Made by a program: the position numbers and the translations under genes. DNA of 63,990 bases, filler included, from Reticulomyxa filosa (Eukaryota; Protista; Foraminifera): NCBI GenBank assembly GCA_000512085.1. It is 12 parts of 12 records of this genome, joined end to end, with 100 filler letters (N's around TTAATTAATTAA, not from the genome) between each part and the next. Parts side by side here need not be neighbours in the genome. Positions count along the whole stretch, not along the records: positions 1 to 14,879 come from ASPP01004819.1; positions 14,980 to 17,327 come from ASPP01001828.1; positions 17,428 to 18,914 come from ASPP01040235.1; positions 19,015 to 20,551 come from ASPP01043243.1; positions 20,652 to 39,774 come from ASPP01013785.1; 7 more parts are not named here. One strand, 5' to 3'. How positions within the stretch are numbered: position 1 is the first letter of the stretch; the number at the start of each line of letters is the position of its first letter. Below, in pieces: positions 10,239-20,772 of the stretch. The notes below the pieces were generated by a model, which was given only the letters and a program-made list of their open reading frames with translations, was not told the origin of the DNA and ran no database searches.

Positions 10239-11517
10239 CATTTACAATGCAAAATAAAGCTGACACCTAAAACGGCACCTTATATAGATTATTGATTTTC
10301 TTCATGAAAAAACAACATCAAGACCTAATTTTTTTAAAAAAATCTACAAATCGTGTAATTTTTAAATATCATGTTGAATTTAGTTTTTTATTACATCTTT
10401 ACTAATTGCTTAAAAAATTTGAATATTTTATTGATTTTTGAAAATGTTCGATAAAAAGTTGACAATCGTGCATGTACCGTAACAATGAAATTTGCCAACT
10501 TTTTTAAAGCATTTTCAGAAAGTGCTTAATGCGTAGATATTATTTTAAAAAATTAGTCTTCTACGTTGCGCAGTTTTGAAAACTCAATTTTTTGTTATCA
10601 AAAAAATTTTTTTTACAAAATTTAATATTATTTTTAAAGTGCATTGTAAATGCATGATTTGTCTCCACTCATCATTTGTTTTTTTACTTTTTTTTGTCCA
10701 AGCATAATACGTTAATTAGTTCAAAAGCATAATAATTGAAAAATTTTTTGTAGTAATATTTTTTTATTGAAAATTACCATTTTGTTATATCACCTTTTGC
10801 ATTGTATAATGCTCGTATTCGCTCTAGCATTGATTTTGTTAAGTTTGTGCATGTTTCTTTGTCAATTTTTCCCATTCTAATTCAACTTGTTTCCAAATTT
10901 CTTTTTTGATCAGAATGGCTCATTTTTATTTTCAATATCTACAATAAATTTTCGATTGTATTCATGTCTGTAGAATTTGAATGGAAATCCAATATATAAT
11001 TTTCATTATTTTCTAAATACCAATCAATGATTTTGTGCATTTCATCACATAGAATTTCTTTGTAAATATTTGCATTTACACTTACACTCCAAAGCAAGAC
11101 CCACAAATTTGTTCTGTTACTTTTAACGAATTCACTTTTCTTGATTTCTTCTTGATCAGTTTTTCATTATTGAACGTCCGCTTCCATTTATACACATTCA
11201 TTACTTACACGAAATTTTTTTGCAACTTTGCGCACACTCCAGCACTGATGCAACAGCTAAACAGCACGTCCTTTGCTAAAATTCTCAACTCATTTAGCAA
11301 TTTTCAAAAAAAATAAAAATGATTTTAAGAACTCAAATACCGAACTATAATGAGATAATTAGAAATATGTAATAAAAAACCAAAACGATATTTAAAAACT
11401 ACACTATTTGTAGATATTTTTAAAAAAATTAAGTCTGGATGTTGTTTTTTCATGAAGAAAATCAATCATCTCTATAAGGTGCCGTTTTAGGTGTCAACTT
11501 TATTTTGCATTTTACTG
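10239..11517 (-). mobile_element. Tc1/mariner DNA transposon, internally deleted (non-autonomous)
   Basis: Imperfect TIRs of about 135 bp (10239-10372 vs 11385-11517; aatgcaaaataaag.tgacacctaaaacggcaccttata). TA flanks at 10237-38 and 11518-19; right end reads CAGT on the minus strand. Confidence 0.9.
10774..11295 (-). pseudogene. Tc1-family transposase remnant
   Basis: HTH-like KGRAV*LLHQCWSVRKVAKKFRVS; VNANIYKEIL; DFHSNSTDMNTIENLL (compare WPSNSPDLNPIENLW); terminal KSMLERIRALYNAKGDITKW*. Confidence 0.8.
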
Positions 11518-11697
11518 TATTTGGCTAAAAAAACTTCAATTTTATATTGTCAAATGACAATTCGTTGTAAGACCTGATAACTATAAATAATTTTGTTTAA
11601 GCTATTTGTCTTAATAAGATTAAACAATTGCAAGTGGTTTTATTGTAATAAGTTTACCGATCGTATTATGCTTCTTAATAAAAAAAATCAATTATCT

Positions 11698-12000
11698 CTA
11701 TATACTGTATTTAAAAATAAGTTTATTAAAATCATTGATCCATACTAATTTTTTTTTTAATTTGTTGTTGTTATTGGTATCTTCCAGTTTCACTACACAT
11801 TCTCCATTGAATTTAACATCATTTGGATACGTACAGATAAACTTATGTTCATTTTTGAGTGTATGATAAAAATAACAGTCTCTTTGTGTATAACATCCAC
11901 AAAGGAGTTCGTGTTTGGTAGCACACATTGGGGTAATAAGATGTTGACTTTGTTTAAGTTCTCTTTCAGGAGAGTTTTGTGTTATATTTCGGTGGCACAT
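11698..12000 (-). pseudogene. Internally deleted Kelch-motif family gene
   Basis: KHELLCGCYTQRDCYFYHTLKNEHKFICTYPNDVKFNGECVVKL (family N-terminus) is joined directly to the C-terminal KLVWINDFNKLIFKY motif. Confidence 0.6.
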
Positions 12001-12298
12001 GTTGTTTAACTTTTTTTGACGAAATCCTTTTATCTACAAAAAAAAAAATTGGAAAATAAACATTTAAACAAATTCCATCCATTCATTCGTTTCTTTGCAG
12101 TATATGATGATCCTTATGATTTGAATAATTTACATTTTAGCATAATTTCTTATTTTTGTTATTTTAATTTGGCATATGTAAGTGATATTCACAAATAATT
12201 TAATTAGAGATCAAAGGAAAAAACAAATAAATGTCATTCCAAAAAAAAAAAAAAAAGATAAAAGCTCACCTACTTATTTCTTGTAAAAAGATAATCTT

Positions 12299-13523
12299 TT
12301 ACACAGATGTTCTTTGTTGAAAGATGATATCATAATCAGTGGTGTCTTGACTTTCCACACAATACCACTCACTACTTTTGTTGCTGCGGATATCTGTTCG
12401 AATATCCTGCAACATTTGCTTGAATGGATAACCAATCTTATATTTTGACGTAACAACTTTGTTCACGCTTTTGCTCAATAATGACAAATCAGCCACTTTA
12501 TGTCCTTTTGTAGTTGACCAAATGATTAAAAATCCATCATCTTGATGGCCACATAAAGATTCTTTTCCTCGCATGATAGGTTCGTACGATTTTGGAATAT
12601 TTTCACCACGACAAGCATCAATAATAAAAATCTTAGGTAAATCTTTAAATGATTCCAGTTCACTACAATTAAACGAAGATTGTATTTTATCAATTGATAC
12701 AAGTTTTCCATCGCTTGCTACTATATTTCCATCATCGCCATGCCCACAAATAATTATAATCAATCCATCGTATTTGTGTGTATTTTCATGAAGTTCAGAA
12801 TTTGCAATTAATTTGATTAAAAATGATTGAACATCTTGTTTTGTCATTTTTGATGATTGATTGCATACAACATCATACTTCAATTCTTGTTCAAATAATT
12901 GCTTGAAATTTGTAATATCCTTTTCTTTTACATTTGGGAGATTACACCAAGTTGTATTATCAATATATTCACTAATAGCAATCATTATTACTAATGCATT
13001 TTTTATGGTTTTTGTTTTTCCAATTATTGTCTGTTGAAATGAAGTCCAAATAATTTTGAACGTTGGCTCCTCATTTTCAAATTCTTTCTTTACATCTTCA
13101 TCTGATTCAATAATATCATCCACTATATTAACCAATTCCAATCTTAAACGTCCATTTTTCATTTCTTGGAAGTGTCTCAACTCCAAACAATTATGACTTT
13201 GACGAAGAAGTTCTTCAAATGTCAATTCTTTCATTCTTATCAATTCTTTTCTTTCATCCACTATTAAATATGCTATTAACTATTTTATATTTTGTTGTTA
13301 TCATTTGATTGAAAATAAGACACAATTACTTAACTTCTTCTTTTTTGCGTTTGTCTAACAGACTTATGTCTGCATCAGTAATACGTACAACAGATAAAAA
13401 ATGTAACACACTACTGTAATCAGTAGCAACAGCAACAGTTTCAATTGGCTCTGCATTAATACTTAAAACAGATAAACCATCTGGCATACTATTACCAGTT
13501 ATTGCAGCTAGATTATTACCCAT
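12299..13523 (-). CDS. Caspase-like cysteine peptidase (peptidase C14, p20-like domain), 2 exons, about 389 aa
   Basis: Exon 13523-13335, intron 13334-13280 (GTTAAG...AATAG), exon 13279-12299. Motifs NALVIMIAISEY, YDGLIIIICGHG (catalytic His) and PKIFIIDACRG (catalytic Cys). Confidence 0.88.
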
Positions 13524-14313
13524 GTTGTCAATGTTGATGAACTATTAAGTACCTCTCTATATTTGAATTTCTTCAACTAAAAGGACGCAGAGTTCAATGC
13601 AATTATCACTGACAACCTTCGTTTTTAACTTTTTCAAAATTCTGTTTTATTTTGGAAAATTTTATATAATTTGTAGTTGAGTCAGGCAAAAGAAGAAAAA
13701 TTCAATCAATTATCAAGGTCCATTATTTTGACAAAATTGTAGTCAATTATGTTCAAATGTTTATCTATAATCATATTTTTATATTTAATATTTTCCATTC
13801 TTCATCTAAATTACTCAATACATTTACTGGACATGCTAATTGTGTGGGATATTGATTATTCAAAATGTACTGATGGCAACTCATTTGTTCTGGACATGGC
13901 AATCCGTATATGTGTATTGAAGCAACCAAACAATTCATTGTATTCAAAAGACGCAAAAATATTTGATTAAGAAAATATTTTGCCTATTTCGTTTCCGTAA
14001 AAAATACATTGAGTGGTGTAAAATATGGGTTAAATGTTGATAAGAAATTATGGTGAATAGTATCGGCCTTGTGCAAAGCACGTAAACTCTGACTACGGTC
14101 AACCTCTGTTTTTCCCTTTTTTTTTTGTCGCTTTCCTTTGCATTTTCGGTTAATTTAAAAAGCTAATATGATACATTAAGCACTATCGCCTGCGACTACC
14201 TACACGAACATGCATGTCAACCTTCCGACAAAGGCTGCATAGCAGAAAAAATATTTTCAGAAAATGTCGACCTTGCTGTCATTCCAACGCGAAGCCAAGA
14301 AAATCTCAAGAAG

Positions 14314-14842
14314 ATGGTCCGCCACCGAACCCACGATCAGTTATTATCCGAAGCCATTGACCCCATGTTTTCAATTCCATTGGTGCTCGGTTTCAAAAGA
14401 AAAGAAGAAGAAGAGTCAGTGCGTATGTCAATGTGTGAAAGTCAGTGCAACGGCGACAAAGAGCGCCGCAGTGGCGCATTATCGCAAGAAAGCGATGATG
14501 CGTCAGCAACAGCAACAGCAACAACAGTTATCCACAGAAAGTGGAATTGTCAATGTTGCAACATCATTTGGGATAGCAAAAAGAAATGTACGAGCACTTT
14601 AAAAGCTTGCATTGGTGCCGGTGTCACCGCACCGGTTGCTATCATATATTTGTCACGCAATCCCAATTGCGTCAGCACGAACTGTCCCAACACGGGTGCG
14701 TTTGTCCCGTTTGTCACAAGGCCTTTGCAAATAAGGCTTATTTGAACAAACATTGGTATCGCAAGCATCGACCCCGACCCGAAACAAAGTTGCTGTCCCA
14801 TCAATGTCAATTTTGTTTGCGATATTTTGCGGATAACACGAG
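14314..14842 (+). CDS. Multi-C2H2 zinc-finger protein, 3' partial; one frameshift in an A-run at ~14583
   Basis: CQCCNIIWDSKKK/MYEHFKSLH, CHRTGCYHIFVTQSQLRQHELSQH, CPVCHKAFANKAYLNKHWYRKH, CQFCLRYF; probable donor AG|GTATAC near 14843. Confidence 0.75.
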
Positions 14843-14879
14843 GTATACGTTTTCTCAACCAATCAAAAAAAAAAAAAAA

Positions 14880-14979
14880 NNNNNNNNNNNNNNNNNNNNN
14901 NNNNNNNNNNNNNNNNNNNNNNNTTAATTAATTAANNNNNNNNNNNNNNNNNNNNNNNNNNNNNNNNNNNNNNNNNNNN
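14880..14979. other. Artificial contig linker. Same linker at 17328-17427, 18915-19014, 20552-20651, 39775-39874, 41663-41762, 48795-48894, 51876-51975, 54050-54149, 55496-55595 and 62891-62990
   Basis: Identical N44-TTAATTAATTAA-N44 blocks, giving stops in all six frames. Confidence 0.99.
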
Positions 14980-15184
14980 TATATTTCCTGCCTCCTTTTG
15001 ACTTCTTCTTGTTATCTGCTTCCTTCAATATATTAATAATCTTCTCGAATGTTTCTTTCTTTACACCGGTTAAACGGCGAAATTGGTCTGAATTTAACCC
15101 TTTGATAGCTTCGTATTTCATAACTTCCTATATTAGTTACTAAATACTTTTTAATCTATTTCTTTTAGTTTCGAAAGAAGTCTA
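14980..15184 (-). mobile_element. IS5-family (ISL2/IS1381-like) insertion sequence, left end and transposase N-terminus
   Basis: End TAGACTTCTTTCGAAAC; ORF from 15121 MKYEAIKGLNSDQFRRLTGVKKETFEKIINILKEADNKKKSKGGRK with AGGAAG RBS; cut by contig end. Confidence 0.88.
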
Positions 15185-15192
15185 ATGTATAG

Positions 15193-17140
15193 CAAGATAA
15201 GTTAGATCAAGAAAAGCCAACAGTAAGCAGAGCGAAGTTTGAAAGTTTATTAAATGGCGATCTGGGTAATGGAGTAGTATTAGGAAGAAAGACTAAAGAA
15301 GGAATAGTACATCATCCAGGTCAGGAGTTAATATTATCAGCACCCAAGTCAGTATCAATACTTGCATTAATTGCAGGAGATAAGAGAGTGATTGAAGCAC
15401 AGAACAAGGCGGTAAGGGATACACTTGGGTATATAGAAAGGAATTTTATCTATGCGAGAAAGCAGGTAGATGGGAAACTTCAATTTCAAAAGACGGATAA
15501 ATTAATAGCTTCAGAATTTACGCATGTTACAGCCAGGACAGTAAAGGGAGAAGATAGGCCACCAGATCCACAGCTGCATACGCATGTAATCATTAATAAC
15601 ATAACCAAAGATAAGGACAAGTTCATGTCTATATCCTTTGATAAGTTATATGAGAACGTAATGCATATAGGAGAAGTATATAGAATGGAGTTGGCAAGAG
15701 GGATGAAGGAGATTGGATATGAGATAGACTTTACCAGGGAAGAAAATAACAGATGGAGTTTTGAAGTTAGAGGGATAGATAAGGAAGTAAGAGAAGAGTA
15801 TTCGCAAAGAAGATCAGATATGCTGGAGAAAGCAGAAGATCTGGGGATAGATAGCAAGGATTCGGTAGCGATGGCGCATATAGCAACAACAACGCGTGCA
15901 GGGAAGAGTTATTGTAGTGCAGAGGAGTTAAAAGCGGATTGGGAGAATAGAAAGGGAGTAGACTTGAGTTGTGTTTATAAGACAATGGAAGCAGCTAAAG
16001 AAAAAGGTTTGGCTAATGAAGCAAGTGATGAGAGTGCTATATATGAAGCATTAAAATATGCGATTGCCCATATATCGGAATCGGAGGCAGTATTTGGCAA
16101 GAGCGATATAATAGATGCGATGATTGGGAAGGTTATAGGGCGATATGGTATTGAAGAGCTGGAAGCCGCAATCACTGAATATCAAAAGAATAATATATTA
16201 CTTAAGTCAGAGAATATTGCATATACCGATCAGTATACCACACTGGAGAATTTAAAGCTTGAGGAAGAGAATATAGCGTTGATGCAAGCCGGACATGGTG
16301 AGAGCAAGGTAGTAATGGAAGAGGGAGAGGTACTTAAACTGCTGGCAGGTAGTCAATTAAGCTATGGTCAGAAGCAAGCTGTTATTATGGGATTGAGTAC
16401 AGTTGATAGAGTAAGTGGGATACAAGGCAGTGCTGGCACTGGCAAGACGACAGCAATAAAAGCGATGAAAGAGCTAGCAGGAAAAGCAGGCTATGAATTG
16501 CTGGGAACAGCACAAAGCAAGGAGGCTGCTAACATCGTCGCCAAGGAAACAGGGATAGAGTCAAAAACATTAGCATTATTTTTAACGGAATACGAAAGAG
16601 TATTGCAGGACAGAGTAACAGAGCCAGGAATGAATAATATAAAAGAATCGCTTTTCAGGAAGATTGTTGTACTGGATGAAGCATCTTTAGTTTCAAGTAA
16701 AGATATGAATCGCCTGTTGAAGTTATCGTCTAAATTGGATTTTAAGGCATTGCTTTTAGGGGATGTGAAGCAATTAGGAGCGATAGAGGCGGGTAAGCCA
16801 TTTTATTATATGATAGATCACGGATTAAATACTGCAGAGATGGATAATATAAAAAGGCAGGCCAGTCCTTCATTAAGGGAGGCGGTGTATACAGTAAAAG
16901 GAGCGATAGATAAAGATGAGCATGCAGTAAGAAAAGCTTTTGAAAGGAGTTTTGAATTAATAGGTAAAAGCTAATATCAAACAGGTAGCAGGAGAGAATA
17001 AAGGATTTGTAGTAACAAAAGATTATGCGAGAACTATATGTGATGAATGGCATGAGTTAAAAGACAAGAACGATTCGATATTAATAGTAGCGCCGTCTAA
17101 TCCGATGCGACGAGCGATTAATGAAGAGATAAGGAAGCAT
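15193..17140 (+). pseudogene. traI: MobF conjugative relaxase-helicase (TraI/TrwC-like), truncated at both ends by IS copies
   Basis: HHPGQELILSAPKSVS, HUH region FTHVTAR..PPDPQLHTHVII, FEVRGI..YSQRR, Walker A GSAGTGKT, Walker B VLDEAS, GDVKQLGAIEAGKPF. After a frameshift at ~16968 it continues to LIVAPSNPMRRAINEEIRKH. The N-terminal catalytic Tyr region is absent. No introns; purine-rich bacterial coding style. Confidence 0.92.
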
Positions 17141-17327
17141 TAGACTTCTTTCGAAACTAAAAGAAATAGATTAAAAAGTATTTAGTAACCTAATATAGGA
17201 AGTTATGAAATACGAAGCTATCAAAGGGTAAAATTCAGACCAATTTCGCCGTTTAACCGGTGTAAAGAAAGAAACATTCGAGAAGATTATTAATATATTG
17301 AAGGAAGCAGATAACAAGAAGAAGTCA
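17141..17327 (+). mobile_element. Second, inverted copy of the same IS5-family element (left end)
   Basis: Near-identical reverse complement of 14998-15184; ATG at 17205 gives MKYEAIKGxNSDQFRRLTGVKKETFEKII. Confidence 0.9.
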
Positions 17328-17427
17328 NNNNNNNNNNNNNNNNNNNNNNNNNNNNNNNNNNNNNNNNNNNNTTAATTAATTAANNNNNNNNNNNNNNNNN
17401 NNNNNNNNNNNNNNNNNNNNNNNNNNN

Positions 17428-18740
17428 CATATTTGTTTAAACTTACATTTAAAATACTATTAAAAAAAAAAAGCATAACATATTTGAAAATAATTTTGTC
17501 AAAATCGTCGATCCATCCAAATTCAACTTCCAAAATTCGAAGACAATTTTGAACGATCAATGCCACTTGTTTTTGTGACTGTTTTTTTAATGTGTATTTG
17601 TGTTTAATGGCAACATGTCCATAACAGATGAAAACCTACCAACTGTGATGTTGCAGTATTCATTTCCATGATAGAGTAAATAATCTGCTTTATATCTATA
17701 TTCACAACGCTTTATTGAGCTTATAATAATAGAACTTTTTTTAAAAAAACGGGATCTTTGTTTAAGTCGAAACATAATTTACAAAATCATCAGTATTTTT
17801 ATTTCGCAAATGAACAGAACAAAATTTCAACATTATTAGATGGTGAAAATGCAATACCATAAACACCGCTGTGCGCTTTGAAATTCTGGGACTGTTTTGA
17901 AATCACAAAAAGGAATGTAATGATGAAAGATGATGACATAATGATCATAGCTGTGATATTAATTTTTATAACAGTTATATTCGCATTTGAGAAAAATAAA
18001 CATTCTTCCATATGCAAAACGATACATCATTGGTAATTGATGTTCTACATGTTGCATCCCTTGTAACATTTCCACAGATGTAGTAATTGAATTGATCATA
18101 TTGATAATACCAATTATCGTTATATCCTTTTTTGAATCTATAATGCTGGTTTTATAACCATATTTCTTTAACTTACATTTAAAATACTAGTAAAAAAAAG
18201 CATAACATATTTGAAAATAATTTTGTCAAGATTATCGATCCATCCAAATTCAACTCCAAAATTCGAAGACAATTTTGAACGATCAATGTCACTTGTTTTT
18301 GTGACTGTTTTTTTAATGTATATTTGTGTTTAATGGCAAATATCCGTAAGATGAAAACCTACCAACTGTGATGTTGCAGTATTCATTTCCGTGATAGAGT
18401 AAATAATCTGCTTTATATCTATATTCACAACGCTTTATTGAACTTATAATAATAGAGCTTTTTAAAAAAAACGGGATCTTTGTTTAAGTCGTAACATAAT
18501 TTACAAAGTCATCAGTATTTTTATCTCGCAAATGAACAGAACAAAATTTAAACATTATTAGATGGTGAAAATACAATACCATAAACACCGCCGTGCGCAT
18601 TTGGAATTCTGAGACTGTTTTGAAATTATAAAAAGGAATGTTGGTGAAAAATGATGGTTTACTCATGACATGATGATCATAGCTGTGATATTAATTTTTA
18701 TAACAGTTATATTCGTATTTGAGAAAAATAAAAATTCTTT
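17428..18740 (-). repeat. Diverged tandem duplication (period about 730 bp), each unit carrying a decayed ...ILEVEFGWIDDFDKIIFKY exon
   Basis: 17428-18010 aligns with 18160-18740 along its whole length, with scattered substitutions and indels. Confidence 0.85.
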
Positions 18741-19076
18741 TACATAATTAAGTAAAGTACATTTCTTCAACATAATATATTTCTTTTCTAATAAGCATCA
18801 TATTCCATTATGTTAATCAAATGCAATTTGATGTTTTGTAGAAAAGAAAAAATTTTGAATATATTATTATTGGTGTAACCATCTTTATTTTCATTGGTGC
18901 TCTATTTGCAGTATNNNNNNNNNNNNNNNNNNNNNNNNNNNNNNNNNNNNNNNNNNNNTTAATTAATTAANNNNNNNNNNNNNNNNNNNNNNNNNNNNNN
19001 NNNNNNNNNNNNNNTAAGATTTTGTGAGGTTCTTTCTTTTTTTTGTTTCTTTTGAGTACTATTTCTTAGAACGAGG

Positions 19077-19835
19077 TACTCTTTTAACTAGAAAGACCTG
19101 AGTTTGTGGACAACTTCCCACGCCAACAGAATTTTTTATCTTCTTTGTCAAATTATGCTCAGGAAACTTTTTGCTCCACTTGATACATTTCCGGAATAAT
19201 TTCACTTTTTCTTCTCAATTCCAGAAGTGGAGATCGCGAGATGACATTCACGGTGTCGTATGACGTGGAGTTTATCACTCTAAGAATCCTTTCCGGTCTT
19301 CGTTTGTGACAATCAGCAGCACCATTCCAGAATGCATACGTGTATTCCAATGACGGTTTGATTATTATCTTGTACAATAGATTGTAAACACTTAAACTCG
19401 GCATAATTCCTTTGTACGAATATATGAATATAAAATATCTTGCTCTTCCATCAAATACTTGACATGATTTGCTTCTTCAATGTTATTTCCATTCAGTTTC
19501 AATTTCATCTTTAGGTATTTCTTCTTTCTTCATCTTGAATGTGATCGACTGGGCCAACAGCATCTTCCATTTTGATACATTATCCAAACTTGATTGCAAT
19601 TGTAATTCCATTTCTTTTTCATCACTTGTGTAAGTTGATGTCCACAGTGCAACATCATCTGCGAACATTCTACACTGGATTGGCTCTGGACTGCTTGTGT
19701 AATGTCATTGATGTACAGCAGGAATAACAAAGGAAACAACGAAGATCCTTGTAGCAATCCTGGAACTGATCCATTCAACACAACTTGTCCGTTTTGTCTT
19801 TGAGGAAACTGTCCAACCGCCAATGCATTCTTCAT
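19077..19835 (-). mobile_element. Degenerate LINE-type (non-LTR) reverse transcriptase remnant
   Basis: GQVVLNG..GLLQGSSLFPLLFLLYINDI, MFADDVALW and LYKIIIKPSLEY..FWNGA across shifted frames. Confidence 0.85.
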
Positions 19836-20409
19836 TTTAAATTAAATTCATGTCTCATCTTGTATCTCAATCAATCTCTCCACACTATCATATCGATGAG
19901 ATGTCAAACAGCACTGTGTACGATGTGTGTCATTCTCAATAATTCTAATGTGTTGTGAATCAATAATTGATTGTCCTTGTACTTTGTTCGTTGAGATGTA
20001 TCTCATCGCTTTTTTTTTTCGCAAGAATGAGACCTTATCCAAGTTAAAATGAGCACCTCGTCCCAAAAGGAACACAGTACTATAATAAAAACAAACAAAA
20101 AAATGGAAAAGATATCAAAAACTCACACACAATCAACAACAAAAAAAACAAATAAATCTCAAAGGTTGTACGGCGAGATCGATCAATGGTTGTAAAAACA
20201 AATTGGCTCTTCCCTGTGGAATGGTCAGGGGCAATGTTGAAGTCTCAAAGAAATATTGAGATCCAATTCACATCTTAAAAAAAAAAAAAACATTTTAATA
20301 TCATTCATCATGATACAAACTTTTGAAAAAAAGTTGTATTTTGAAGGAAGGAAGCAAAAAACAACTAGATACTGCAACATCTAGCAGCAAGTACAATTCA
20401 ACATTCACA

Positions 20410-20551
20410 CAAGTGGAGCAAAAAGTTTCCTGAGCATAATTTGACAATGGTGTTCAATTGTGGAAATCGAACCACGAGCTCAAAGAAGATAAAAAATTCT
20501 GTTGGCGTGGGAAGTTGTCCACAAACTCAGGTCTTTCTAGTTAAAAGAGTA
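20410..20551 (+). repeat. Inverted second copy of the LINE downstream segment
   Basis: Reverse complement of 19077-19182, plus about 35 bp that the first copy lacks. Confidence 0.85.
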
Positions 20552-20772
20552 NNNNNNNNNNNNNNNNNNNNNNNNNNNNNNNNNNNNNNNNNNNNTTAAT
20601 TAATTAANNNNNNNNNNNNNNNNNNNNNNNNNNNNNNNNNNNNNNNNNNNNTTGAGTGGGTGAAAAAAAACTTTTGACTGAGGGAATGTTGTACGTGTGA
20701 ACACTCTTTTTTTTTTTTTTTTAATATTTACACATATATATGTATGTATGTGTGTATATGAATGTGTAAAAG

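Noticed and set aside
14264-14602. Poly-Q ORF (MSTLL...QQQQQQQQ)
   Set aside because: Alternative frame of the GCAACA repeat inside the C2H2 gene; the overlapping frame carries the zinc fingers.
14264-17327. Bacterial traI/IS inserted next to a eukaryotic zinc-finger gene (HGT)
   Set aside because: A linker separates them, so there is no evidence of physical adjacency.
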